A stretch of 64,000 nucleotides of DNA from Octopus sinensis (lineage: Eukaryota): NCBI RefSeq assembly GCF_006345805.1, contig NC_043010.1:35712001-35776000 (forward strand), read 5' to 3'. Below, piece after piece: positions 13,076 through 25,620 of the stretch. Both the position numbers and the translations under genes were made by a program. The stretch's first letter is position 1, and the number at the start of each line of letters is the position of its first letter. The notes beneath the pieces are model-generated. The model was given only the letters and a program-made list of their open reading frames with translations, ran no database searches and had not been told where the DNA came from.

Positions 13076-15192
13076 AAAATCTATTCTATGCAAACATATT
13101 CCTCTTGGCGTTACTCTCAAACCAACAATGCTGTTTGATTGTTTAGGTTATTTTTCTCTCCAAATATGTCTCTGCTCGTTTCTGGCCTATCCTAGTTCAC
13201 CCAATAATACAGCAGTGACCTAAATTTTAGTACCTCAACACTAGACTTTCCTCTTATCTGACTCTGAATGTAATCCTTTTCTTAAAAATTACCTTTGGCT
13301 TTTGTATAGATAACAAGTGAACGCCTCGTGTCTTTTCATATTGTGTTCTCATTTCAAGTTTTAATGTTAGTTTAACTATATAATAAAATATATTACGCAT
13401 AGTCTGTGTATGTAGGGAGGGGGGCAGTGACTTTAACATGTTGGTCTGTAAAATGTGTCTTGTAACTTTTACACCGTGTACACACGCACATACACACACA
13501 CACACATATGTATATGTATATACATATATGTGTGTGTGTGTGCATATCATCATCATCATTATCATTGTCGTCGTTTAATGTCCGCTTTCCATGCTAGCAT
13601 GGGTTGGACGGTTTGACTGTGAGCTGGTAAACCAGATGGCTGCACCAAGCTCCAGTCTTGATCTGGCAGAGTTCCTACAGCTGGATGCCCTCCCTAATGC
13701 CAACCACTCTGATGTATATATATATATATATATATATGCTGAGAGACCCCCACCTCCGGTCATGACTGACCATGAGATTGCACCTAGAAAGTTACCCTCC
13801 CAGGCACAAGTCCAGGCAAGGTTGTTTGTGGAAGACCAACAGTCGCCCATGCATACCAGCCTCCCCTCTCCACGCTACCAGTGTTATCGAAGGGAAAGGC
13901 AAAGGCCAATATAGCTTGGCACCTGTGACGTCGCAACTCATTTCTACAGCTGAGTGAACTGGAGCAACATGAAATAAAGTGTCTTGCTCAAGAACACAAC
14001 ACACAGCTCAGTCCGGGATTTGAACTCACAACCTCACAATTCTAAGCTTGATGCCACTGAGCCATGTGCCTTCATATATATATACATATATCTATACATC
14101 CACAGCATAAGTGTTAAGGCCGCTGCCCCTGGTGAAGAGAATTAGCCTACAAGAGTCCTGTGCTGGTACCATGTCAAAAGTACCCAGTGGTTGTCATTAG
14201 GAAGGGCATCCAGACATAGAATTCAAGTCATATCTGACTAGAAACCTGCTGCAGCTCTCCAGCTTGCCAGCTCTGGTCAAGCTGTCCAACCCATGCCATC
14301 ATGGCAAACAGATATTAAAAGATGATGATGATGAGATATATATATATATAGGTTTATTGGCATGTTTGCGTTCTGTTTATTGTATGTGTGTGTGTGTATG
14401 TTGGCCATTGTTGTTAGTAATAATATTGCTGTTCTTTACAGGTATCGGGTTTATATACTCTTTGTACTTAATAGTTTACAGGTAGATAGGAACACATAAC
14501 AGTTGTCTTGACCAATTAATCCATTGATCAACCAACTAGTACACCCTTACCATAGCTAGTGGTAAGACCTATTTTAGTACCTATTTTCAGCTTGGTGGAG
14601 TGAACTAGTTATATGTTAAGTTTTGGGTAATGATGGAACACAGTGCTAGTTAAGTGATACAAGCCCCTGATCCCTTTACTAGCTAGTTATGTGATATGAG
14701 CTCTTAACCCCTTTTATGAGCTAGTTATGTGATAGAAACTCTTGACCCCCTTTACTGTACTATCAGATGTATGCTAAAATGGAGGTCTTAGCCATTCTAT
14801 GATCAGAGATCATATATCTATAAGACTGGTACATATTTTACTGGGTTTGATGTAAATGATGAAAACTTTAAAAGTAGTGTACCAGTATGGTTGTTGCCTG
14901 AAGACAGAGGCCATTGAAAAAAACATATAATGGTCATTATCATTCATATCATCATTGTTTAATGTCTGCTTTTGATACAGGTATGGATTGGATGAGTCAG
15001 TGTTGCTCTCCTAAAGGAGTTGAAGGGCCACATCTTATTTTTAGGTTTCATTTTCAGCTTGACTTCTGTGGTTGCATGTCCTTCCTAACACCAACCACTT
15101 TATAGAGTCTTCTGGGCATAGCTTTTGTGGCAGCTGCATTAGATAAGTTAACATATCTTCAGTAAGATTGAAGGGTCCTCTTAACTCCTCAT

Positions 15193-15421
15193 TTAACCCT
15201 TTTGTTACCAACCCAGCTGAAACCAGCTCTGGCTCTGTAATAGAAGTGTCTTGTTTTCATAAGTTTTGAATTAAAATCTTCCACCAAATCTTAGTCATAA
15301 TTTATGTTCCTATCACTAGCTTAATGATAACTAAGTTATTTTACTAAATTCTTTGTTATATTTAAAATAATTGAAAGAAACACAGAGCATCTCAAAATAA
15401 ATATGGTAACGAAAAGGCTAA
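15193..15421. mobile_element. TTAA-flanked piggyBac-like MITE
   Basis: Inverted ends ttaacccttttgttacca and tggtaacgaaaaggctaa. Confidence 0.65.
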
Positions 15422-15903
15422 CAGAATGTACTGGGAGCAATTTATCATGGTGTCCGCCCCAGAAAGGATGAGGATGAAAGAGTGGTGGGTAGCAAGTGAT
15501 GGACAGATGGTGAGAGAGAGTGATGGACTTAGATACCAAATAGCCAGGGAATATATAGACCCCTGGCATATGGGGGTTGTTGTATTGGGTGTGCTGCCAC
15601 ACCCAATGTCACCAAATTTCAAGCAGGGGTATTACAAAAGTTTTCTATTAAAATTTGTGATTAAATTAATGAGTAAGGTTAATACTTATAACGAATTTGC
15701 CATTTTCAATGATATAGATAGTTTTTTAGGGTACATCCAGATCTTATGCATATACCTTGGGAAAGGTGGAAGTCCTAGGATAATAAAGAGAGGTTAAGTG
15801 TTGAAAAGAGGGTCAGATAGGTCCAATGACATCCTTAGTTACACTGGAAGCAGTGTTCAGTCAACAGAAGAGATCCTGTTCCACACTGCAGCTTAGTACC
15901 TTT

Positions 15904-16160
15904 AAAACCCTTTAGCATTCAGATTACTCTGTCAAATGTAATGCTTATTATTTACATTTTAAAACATTAATCATGTATTATTAAATCTTGTAACTTTGTG
16001 ATTTTGAAGATGTGTTTGTTTATTTTTAGAATGGCACTTTTAAAATGTCACAAAATAATATTGCATAGTGGGTGTGAGAGACTGGATCTGGCCAGTTTGT
16101 ACATAATATGAGTAGAATATTTGGACTCAGATATGGCCAGTTTAAAGGCTAAAGGGTTAA
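15904..16160. mobile_element. piggyBac-like MITE (second family)
   Basis: Ends aaccctttagc and gctaaagggttaa; similar ends at 29014 (ttaaccctttagcatt) and about 29644 (aatgttaaagggttaa). Confidence 0.6.
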
Positions 16161-16464
16161 TGTTGGGTAGAATCAATACAACTCTGTGTGTGTGGTGGGG
16201 GGTGTATTAATGCCAAACTTTAGAATATAATTCATCAGGTGAACTTCCACACAGATTTTGCCTTGCTCATTTTCACTCACAAGGGTTGGGTTAGTCTGAG
16301 GTTATAATAATAATAACCACTTACCCAAGATGTAACAAAAAGAGAGAGAGAGAGAGTGAGAGCGAGAGAGCAATAAATAAGAGTGGAGAATGTGACTTGT
16401 GCATATATACCAAAGCTGCTCAGTTTATAGGTTTTTTACTTCTTATATATATATATGTATGTAT

Positions 16465-16628
16465 GTATAAGGGGATGGTATCAATGGAAAATATGTGAAG
16501 TGACAAATGCTGTGAATAAAAGAAATGACCCTGTTGTATCAACACTGAAATGTATGTATAGGATCATTTCTTTTATTCACAGCATTTGTAACCTCAGACA
16601 TTTTCTATTGATTACTATCCCCTTATAC
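16465..16628. mobile_element. 164-bp fold-back MITE or hairpin
   Basis: Arms gtataaggggatggtatcaatggaaaat...acaaatgctgtgaataaaagaaatga and tcatttcttttattcacagcatttgt...attttctattgattactatccccttatac; loop about 27 nt. Confidence 0.85.
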
Positions 16629-16927
16629 TTTGTCCAAAGTATTAATAACTAATGATTCATTGCATCCTGAATTTCATTGCCTATTCTTAGTCATCTTGGT
16701 CAGCCTGTCTAAAATCAGGTGACAAATAAGAACAGCTCTTGTCTGTAGTTAAACTATCTTCATTAACCTACATAACATAACATAACAGTAAATTTGTCAG
16801 AGGGAGCCTTGTTGCAACAAAACATATTCCAACTATGTACTTTATATAAATTTATATTTTAAGGCAGTGCTCCAGCATGGCTGCAGACAAATGACTGAAA
16901 CACATATAAGATAGAAGATATATATAT

Positions 16928-16971
<44 letters not shown>

Positions 16972-17173
16972 AAATAGAAAGATGAATAATCTTGTTGCAG
17001 ATTAATCAAAAGTTTAACCGATACCTTGGTAGCAAAAATCACAGCAGAAGACAGCACGGTTGGAGGTACAACCATATGGTGTTGCAACCGTGCGTTGGTG
17101 CGGATAATTGAATTTTAATATTATTAGTGAATTGAAGAAATGGAGTTGAACGAAGATTGAACAGAAATCGTTT

Positions 17174-17266
17174 TATTTCATTCTACACGTGTTTCGAAAG
17201 GCACAATTTACCAAATTCCGATTGAATAATGAGACCATATTGTGTCTTTCTCTTCAGGAAGAAATA
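17174..17266 (-). ncRNA. Type I hammerhead ribozyme motif (left palindrome arm)
   Basis: Reverse complement of the motif at 17434-17525. Confidence 0.78.
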
Positions 17267-17433
17267 GGAAATCCGTTGGAAAAAACAAAAACAGAACAGA
17301 GGCGGAGCAAAACAAATCGAACTAGGCTCCTAAGAGCCCATGGCCAAACTGTTTGGCCATGGGCTCTTAGGAGCCTAGTTCGATTTGTTTTGCTCCGCCT
17401 CTGTTCTGTTTTTGTTTTTTCCAACGGATTTCC

Positions 17434-17525
17434 TATTTCTTCCTGAAGAGAAAGACACAATATGGTCTCATTATTCAATCGGAATTGGTAAATTGTGCCT
17501 TTCGAAACACGTGTAGAATGAAATA
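17434..17525 (+). ncRNA. Type I hammerhead ribozyme motif (right palindrome arm)
   Basis: Stem I tatttcttc/gaatgaaata, core CTGAAGA at 17443-17449, stem II gaaagacacaa/ttgtgcctttc, then GAAAC-ACGT-GTA. Predicted cleavage after 17515. Confidence 0.8.
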
Positions 17526-17815
17526 AAACGATTTCTGTTCAATCTTCGTTCAACTCCATTTCTTCAATTCACTAATAATATATATATATATATTTACTTC
17601 TAATATAGGATAACATTTTTATCCCCAAAAATTTTATCAAAGTGGCAGCATATTAAAATACCTTTAAAGCCGAAATTATAAACAAATTATATATAATAAT
17701 AAACAATTTATATATATATATATATATAATAAACAATTTATATATATATATACATACATACATACATATACACACACATGAGCATACCTGTACACTCACA
17801 CACACACAATATATA

Positions 17816-19165
17816 TATTGGGTCATTCCATAAATAATGTGGTTTTTTCAATTGCATGAACTAAAAGTTGGAAGGGAACGGGATAAACTACCTACATCAA
17901 CTTGCTATAAAAGCAGGTAGTAATTTTACCTTGTACTTATTCTTAGTGCAAGTTTTGAAGAGTGCAGTTTGATTTTAACAGTTATTTTTTCAAAGCTATA
18001 ATGGAAGTAGCAAAGGAGCATATTCAGCATATTTTGCTTTATGAGTTCAATAAAGGCAACAACACAACGGAAAGTGCGAGGAATATTAATGAAATATATG
18101 GGGATCAGACAATCAGCATAAGCCAGTCTCAACAGTGGTTCCAGAAATTCTGAGCCAGAAACTACAGCCTAGAAGATGAGCCTCATCCTAGAAGATCTGT
18201 AGAGCTTGATGAGGATGTACTGTAAACCCTGGTGGAACAAAATCCCATGGTAACTGTAGAGAAGCTTGGATTTGGTCATTCAACCATTCATTGACACATG
18301 TGTGCCATTGGAAAAGTCAGCAAATTGGGTCAGTGGGCTCCTCACAAACTTTTTGAGTCTGATCAAAGCTATAATGGAAGTGACAAAGGAGCATATTCAG
18401 CATATTTTTCTTTATGAGTTCAATAAAGGCAACAACGCAATGGAAAATGCAAGGAATATTAATGCAGTATTTGGGAATCAGACATTAAGCACAAGCCAGT
18501 GTCAAAGGTGGTTCCAGAAATTCCGAGCCAGAAATATTTTAATTTATTCTTAGTGCAAGTTTTGAAGAGTGCAGTTTGATTTTAACAGTTATTTTTTCAA
18601 AGCTATAATGGAAGTAGCAAAGGAGCATATTCAGCATATTTTGCTTTATGAGTTCAATAAAGGCAACAACACAACTCATCCTGGAAGATCTGTAGAGCTT
18701 GACAAGGTCATCCTGCAAACCCTGGTGGAATAAAATCCCATCGTAACTGTTGAGAAGCTTGGATTTGGTCAGTCAAACATTCATTGACACCTGCGCGCCA
18801 TCAGAAAGGTCAACAAATTTCCTAGTATAATTTCCTAGTATAATTACATGCAGAGAGTGAATGTGTGCTCTTCTTTGCTGTCATGTCTCATGAATGAATC
18901 TTTTTTGGACTGAATAGTGACTGGGGATGAGAAGTGGGTTCTCTATAAAAATGTCAAGTGCCGAAGACAGTGGGTAGGGAAAAGAGAAACACTGGTACCC
19001 CAGTCTTCACCCATGTCAGGTGTTGTCTGTTTGGTGGGATATAAAAGGTTTAGTCCACTTTGAACTTTTAAACCCAAACCAGATGATAACAAAGGAGATC
19101 TTCTGTGCGCAGCTTGAGCGGCTTAAGTCAGCTCTAGAAGAAAAACGACCATCTTTGGCCTCAGA
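17816..19165 (+). mobile_element. Rearranged, decayed mariner element
   Basis: Left TIR tattgggtcattccataaataat. Transposase pieces MEVAKEHIQHILLYEF (three times), QWAPH, IVTGDEKWVLYKN and LSVWWDIKGLVHFELL. No right TIR seen. Confidence 0.88.
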
Positions 19166-19994
19166 TGGCACGCACCTGAGCTACGGCACTGATGTGCCTA
19201 GTTGAACATATTGAATGTGTGTAACATTTTCATTGGGAGTATGTTGTTGTTTTGTTTATTTATTGTTTTATGTTTTTTGCTTTGTTTGTTCTCAATTGCC
19301 TTACACACTATTTATAAACACTGATGTGAAAGGTGTAGATTTTTTTTGTATGAATAAATTGAGGGGGGTAAATATATATAACTTATTGTGTAAGTTGGTG
19401 TTGGTATATATCTATTTATAGTTTTAGAAGTTTCTATATACCTAATATATTTCACTCCCTTAAACCCCTACTCCTGATATCTGCTATTTACCTATCTCTA
19501 GTACTTCAGTACTGCTTCATTCAATGTGCCCAAAAGTTCAAAATTTAAGCCTCAGTAATTGATATTCCTTAATTACATTTACATACATTTAATGACTTCA
19601 TTCATACAACCTATAATTTATATGAACACATTAATTTTCTTTTGTTTTAAACTCATCAACTATTTCTCACAGAATCATTCATTCAATTATATTCATTAGC
19701 CAATTCATTTTTCCTTGATTACTACAAGTTCAGCAATTTGTTTACCAGAAAGCAAAAACTCATCAAAAACTTATATAGGTGTGTATGTGTCTGGGTGTGC
19801 ACGCATATGTATGTCTATGTATATATATTTTTTTTTCCTGACTAACTCACACACACACACATATATATATTCATTATAAGGGCACACAAGGCACCTACCT
19901 GCTAGAAAGAAAAGTTAAAACCCTCATTTAAACTACCGATAACAGAAGTGTTAGCATGTCAGGCGAAATGCTTAGCGGTATTTCATCTGCCTTC

Positions 19995-20385
19995 CATAGG
20001 CACAGGAGTGGCTGTGTGGCAAGTAGCTTGCTTACCAACATTACTGTGTGGCACCTTGGGCAAAATGTCTTCTACTATAGCCTCAGGCTGACCAAAGCCT
20101 TGTGAGTGGATTTGGTAGATGGAAACTGAAAGAAGCCCATCGTATATATGTATATATGTGTGTGTGTGTGTTTGTGTGTCTATGTTAGTCCCCCCAACAT
20201 TGCTTAACAACCAATGCTGGTGTGTTTACATCCCCATAACTTAGTGGTTTCGCAAAAGAGAGTGATAGAATAAGTACTAGGCTTACAAAGAATAAGTCCT
20301 GGGGTCAATTTGCTCGATTAAAAGGTGGTGCTCCAGCATGGCCACAGTCAAATGACTGAAACAAGTAAAAGAGTAAAAAAGAGTT
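19995..20385 (+). mobile_element. tRNA-derived SINE (major family)
   Basis: Matches 11955-12385 apart from a deletion in the head. Confidence 0.85.
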
Positions 20386-20427
<42 letters not shown>

Positions 20428-21084
20428 TTATACAGGCACGCAAGGTGCCTACCTGCTAGAAAGAAAAGTTAAAGTCCTCACTTAAACCAGCGTTAACACT
20501 GAAAAATTCAACAGAAAATCAACAGTAAGTAGGTGAACAGGTTAAATAATTTTGACAACCAAATACAGCTCAATGTTAAATATTTTGGTAATTAGATACA
20601 CTTGGATCATAATTTCTAGTTCTTGTGAACAGCCTCAGCTTGCATCAGCAAGTTTTACCGATTGAAAAAAATTCTTCAACTTGTCATATTGAATTTTGCT
20701 GGTGTTCTGAATTGTTTTGCACCAAAATCAGAACAGCTTCAGTGTAAATATACTAATACAGAGTAAAAGATATGAATATAAAGTTGTAATTTTCATAACT
20801 ATACGTGATTTATAAGAGATAAACAAGTAATTCATTCTCGCAGCAACACAATCGCAGTCTTTATTGCGAGGCATGGCTGAGCACACATTTGTTCTGGGGT
20901 ATGTGACCCATTGCCCCTCTTTCTCCACCTTCTGGTTTACCCTACCTTTTTCTTTTCTTTATTTTTTCTTTATTTCTGTTTTTTCATGTTTTCTTTGTAT
21001 TTAAATCTTATAAATAAACATTTGTCTAATTTTGCAAGATAACATGTTTGGCAACAAATTAATTATTCTTTATTTCCATTTTAG

Positions 21085-22263
21085 GACGATCCCAAAGATG
21101 TCATCGATGGATTTCAGTTTACATACAGGATCCGAGATTTAGAAAGGCCAAGGTTTTGGTACCTGAGCTTGGCAGCGTGTCATCGAAATAGTGGTCAGAA
21201 CAGCCAGAACAAGAGTATGCAGTGCAAATGGTGGCAGTCACCAAAAGACATTGAAATAGCTTATGACATCTGGCTGGTGAATGGACACCCGTCAATGAAA
21301 CATATTAACCCTTTTGAGCACCAGTTTTCATTTGAGCTTCATGATGTTGCTGAGATATACCTGATCGCACTGCTGTTATACTGTATCCTCCTTGGCACCT
21401 GGTTACGGGCCTACAACAAATTAATCAAACACCCAGTTACGAAGCTGCTGACATTGACAATTGTTCTTGAGATGGTGGGGATTCTACTCAATTGCATTCA
21501 TGTCATCAAGTTTGCCTTTGATGGGGTTGGTGTGAATTGGTTGTCGGTGGTAGGAAATGGCACTGATGTGCTCGCCGAGTGTCTCTTCATGCTGCTTGTA
21601 CTTGTAATCGCAAAAGGATGGGCCATCACAAATATGTATCTTGAAGGTAAATGGGTGATATTCTCTATTTGGGGTCTCTACACAGTCCTCAATGCTGTCT
21701 TGTTTGTGTGGAACCTGACTGAAATCGACATTATTTCAAACACTGGTGAGTGGCATACCGGCCCTGGCTATCTGACCCTTGTCTTTCGTCTCACTATTAT
21801 GCTCTGGTTCCTCTATGAGCTACGTTGGACATTCCTAAATGACCCACAGTCAAAGCGTCTGCTGTTCTTCCAACACTTTGGCGCTGGTATTCTTGTCTGG
21901 TTCGTCTACTTACCTGTACTTGTCATGGTCAGCTTACAAATATCAGCACTGTGGCGCTACAAGACTATTCTCAGCATCTCATTTGCTGCTAATTTCCTCT
22001 CTGCTGTCTGCATTGTCCATCTTCTCTGGCCATCACATTCTGTTCTCTATCTGATCAAACAGGATGAATTAATTGGAGCCTATGAAATGGAAGTGACTGG
22101 CTTCCTGGAAGATCCAGAGAATTCTTTAGCATCAGAGGAAATCCTTGAAGAGGAACGATTTGAGAAACATTCTAAAAAACAAGATAGTTCTTCATTATTG
22201 AAAAGTCTGTCAAAAAACAATGGACAAGCACCATCAGAGGATAAGGAACTTCTACTTGATTGA
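21085..22263 (+). CDS. GPR180: Terminal coding exon of a GPR180/TMEM145-family (intimal-thickness-related receptor-like) multi-pass membrane protein; upstream exons not identified
   Basis: Acceptor tttccattttag ends at 21084. The open frame reads DDPKDVIDGFQFTYRIRDLERPRFWYLSLAAC...WLVNGHP...NPFEHQFSFE, then several hydrophobic helices including LLVLVIAKGWAIT and WFVYLP, an acidic tail and TGA at 22261-22263. The symbol is family-level; GPR180 versus TMEM145 is not resolved. Confidence 0.88.
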   Translation, partial: DDPKDVIDGFQFTYRIRDLERPRFWYLSLAACHRNSGQNSQNKSMQCKWWQSPKDIEIAYDIWLVNGHPSMKHINPFEHQFSFELHDVAEIYLIALLLYCILLGTWLRAYNKLIKHPVTKLLTLTIVLEMVGILLNCIHVIKFAFDGVGVNWLSVVGNGTDVLAECLFMLLVLVIAKGWAITNMYLEGKWVIFSIWGLYTVLNAVLFVWNLTEIDIISNTGEWHTGPGYLTLVFRLTIMLWFLYELRWTFLNDPQSKRLLFFQHFGAGILVWFVYLPVLVMVSLQISALWRYKTILSISFAANFLSAVCIVHLLWPSHSVLYLIKQDELIGAYEMEVTGFLEDPENSLASEEILEEERFEKHSKKQDSSSLLKSLSKNNGQAPSEDKELLLD

Positions 22264-22599
22264 CATTGTTCTCTTTGTTTTTTTCCTTATTTTTCTTTCT
22301 CCAACCCAACATAATTTATTTATGATCAAAATTCTTGTGTTTGTTTACCTCATTAACAAGTGGTAATTATGTATTATTATTAAATTTCCAAACTTTTGTT
22401 TCCATCAAATACTGCTGACAAATTTTAAAAATGTATTTTTTTTTTGTTTAATTCAGACGACATTCCAAAAGATGGTAGAAGCCAGTAAATTGTGTGTGTG
22501 TGGTGTGTGTGTGTGTGTGTGTGTGTGTGTACAGACAAACATAAATATATATCCATGTACACATGCAGAAAGGAGTGAATGATTGAAAGTGGCACTCAA

Positions 22600-23190
22600 C
22601 ATAGTTGGTTAGAGTTACATGTATTTAATAGCATTAACTCAGCTCCACATAACTTAAAGTTTTGTAGGTATGTAGAACATACGTCTTATCAGATGTTTAG
22701 AGCTAGAGTTTACTTCCGACTGCTTCCAAACATCTGGTGAGAGGGATGTATAGATGTGCCCACAAAACATGTAGAGCTGAGCCAAATTCCACTCCACCTC
22801 TTGTATCTCCATTGCTTGCAGTGGGCACACTGTATGGAATACCTGCCTACACCTCTCCCATTTATTAAACAGGGCTATTTACCTGAAGGGAGCAGAGTCC
22901 TGTCTGTTTTCTTGCTTACTAGCACTTTGGTCTTGGCTAAGTTAACTCTAAGACCTTTTGATTCCAGGTTTTGGTTCCACATCTGGAATTTCTTTTCTAA
23001 TTCTATTACATATTCTGCTATGAGTAAAAGGTCGTCAGCATATAGCAGTTCTCAAGAGCAGCCAGCCTTAAATTTCTGTTATGGCCAAGAGGACAATGAT
23101 GGATAGAAGAGTACTGGGAACTGAGTCCTAGCAAACTTCTACCTGTACTCTAAATTCATTGCTGTATTCATGGCTAACTCTCACCTCACT
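22600..23190 (-). mobile_element. Decayed RTE-clade LINE RT fragment with a Cys-rich insert
   Basis: Minus strand gives VSEVRVSHEYSNEFRVQV...LLYADDLLLIAE...LESKGLRVNLAKTKVLVS...PC...GVGRYSIQCAHCKQW. Confidence 0.8.
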
Positions 23191-25399
23191 GACAACTGGT
23201 GTGTCTAAGTGGCTAAGAAGCTTGCTTCCTAACCATGTCACCTTGGGTTCAGTTCCACTGTATGGCACCTTGGGCAAGAGTCTTCTACAAAAGCCTTGGG
23301 CTTGGCTGTGTGGCAAGAAGTTTGTTTCCATCCCAATCACATGGTTCCAAGGTCCGTCACACTGTGTGATACCTCGGGCAAGTGTTTTTATTATAGCATT
23401 GGATCAACAAAAGGGTTGTGAGTGGATTTGGTAGATGGAAACTGAAAGAAGCCTGTGGCATGTATACGTATGCATGTATATATATATATGTATGTGTGTG
23501 TGTGTGTGTATTATGTGTGTGCGTGTTTGGATGTGCCCTTGTCCTGACAGTATGTCTGTAAATGAGCATCACAGCCATGCAAGTGATGTTGGTAATTTCC
23601 AGTCTTTTGTTAGAAACATGTCTAGCCATGGGGAAATATTACCTTACTTGCAAACAGACTGGCAGTAGGAAGGGCATCTGTCTGTAGAAAATCTGCCTCA
23701 TCGTATTCCATCTGACCCATGCAAGCATGGAAAATTGGACGATTAATGACGATGGTGATTAGGTTTGCAAATATGTATAAAAAATTTATACTTGTGTGTG
23801 TGTGAGTACATGTCCTTACTTGCTTAAAGCCACAGCAATTGTGTACTCAGTGTGTGTGTGTCTTTCTGTGTGTTTTATTGCATTTGTGTAATGTTACATA
23901 ACTACTTTGTTTTTATTTTCAACCTCCCTTCCTATTGTTTTGAAATTCACAAGGGAAAATATAATTAAATGAGAACAACAATTAAAATTTTTATAACTAA
24001 CAGTAATTAAAAGGTCAAAATGTTGCCGACAGTTTTATACATACATACACACACATACATACCATGCATACATACATACATACATACATACATAGACACA
24101 TACATACATACGACATAATTATGCAATCAGCCTTCATAACATGCTACTAATGCTCCAGCATGGTTAGATACTAGTAAAGATAAGTTCAAGGAGTGAATGT
24201 GACTATATATAACAATGTAAGTCCATGTAACATGTGTCCACATGTTACATGTAACCACATATAATAATGTTACTACAGGTAACAGTACATTATGACAACA
24301 TGTATATGTAACAATATTGCACATCGCTTCGTGGTTAAGAAACTTGCTTTGCAGCCATGTGGTTTTGGGTTCAGTCCCACTGCCTGGCACCTTGGCCAAA
24401 CGTCTTCTTCTATGGCCCCAGACTAACCCAATGCCTTCTGAGTGAATTTGGTAGACGGCAACTATAGGGAAGCCTCTGTGTGTGTGTGTGCGCGTGTGCG
24501 CTTGTATGTGTGTGTGTGTGAATGTGCTTGTATATATATATGTGTGTGTGTATGCTTGTATATATATGTATATGTGCTTCTATATATATTATATATATAT
24601 GTGCTTATATATATGTATTTGTTTGTTTCCTCCCCTACTGCTTCACAAACAATGTTGATTTACTAGCCTCCCTGCAACTTAGCAGTTCATCCAAAGCAAC
24701 TGATAGAATAAGTACTAGGCTTAAAAAAAAAAAGATACACACTGTGCTTGATTTATTTAGCTAAACTCTTCAAGGTGGTATCTCAGCATGGCCATAGTCC
24801 AATGACTGAAACAAGCCTAAGTTTAAAAAATAAAAAAAGATGTAAAATGACTTAGTGGTTTGGTTTTTGTCGGTGTTGCTCTCTTGGCTTCTAGAACTTG
24901 AGTACAAATTTGTTGCAGCTGTTTTGTTGAGTACTTTTTGAAGTACACTTCTTTCTCTATTACCCTATTACACCCAGCTGTAACATCTAGGAATGCTACT
25001 TAGAGTAAGCTGGCATCCAATTCACTGAGAGGTGTTAGTTATTTATCAGTTACTCTGTACCATGAAATGGAGCTAAAAGCCTTGACCCTTCAAAGCAATT
25101 CTGGGATTTGGCTATATTTACATTATTATCCTTCAGGCTGTGGAGGTGAATGGCTAAGCTGTTTAGGGTGTTGAACTCATAATCGTAAGATTGTGGTTTC
25201 AATTCCTGGTCCAGGTGATGCAATGTGTTGTTGAGCAAATCATCTCATTTTATGTTACTCCAGTCCACTCAGCTGTTAAAAATGAGTGAACATATACTCC
25301 ACCCCCATCCAGGTGGGGGGGGAGTATATGCATCACAGAAACCGGACCTCCAAGTCTATTTGACTCGAGAACATTCTTGATCCTTTTTATCCTATATCC

Positions 25400-25620
25400 T
25401 TCAGAAACGTTAGCACGCCGGGCGAAATGCATAGCCGTATTTCGTCTGTATTTACGTTGTGAGTTCAAATTCCGCCGAGGTCAACTTTGCCTTTCATCCT
25501 TTCGGGGTCGATAAATAAAGTACCAGTTACGCACTGGGGTCAATGTAATCGACTTAATCCATTTGTCTGTCCTTGTTTGTCTCCTCTATGTTTAACCCCT
25601 TGTGGGCAATAAAGAAATAT
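25400..25620 (+). mobile_element. tRNA-derived SINE (third family)
   Basis: cagaaacgttagcacgccgggcgaaatgc...gagttcaaattccgccgaggtc...ctttcatcctttcggggtcgataaa. Relatives lie at about 150-275, 10455-10660(-), 27240-27450, 42225-42372 and 51283-51515. Confidence 0.82.

Larger units (their letters stand above)
17118..17581. repeat. Near-perfect 464-bp palindrome centred on 17350
   Basis: Centre ccatggccaaac-t-gtttggccatgg. Arms of 232 and 231 bp differ by a single 1-nt indel by eye. The ORF track gives the same peptide on both strands. Confidence 0.97.

Noticed and set aside
17189-17478. Identical peptides on both strands
   Set aside because: A consequence of the DNA palindrome, with no coding evidence.
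22684-22742. Pre-miRNA-sized hairpin downstream of the GPR180-like stop
   Set aside because: It falls within or at the edge of a decayed RTE fragment and has no independent support.
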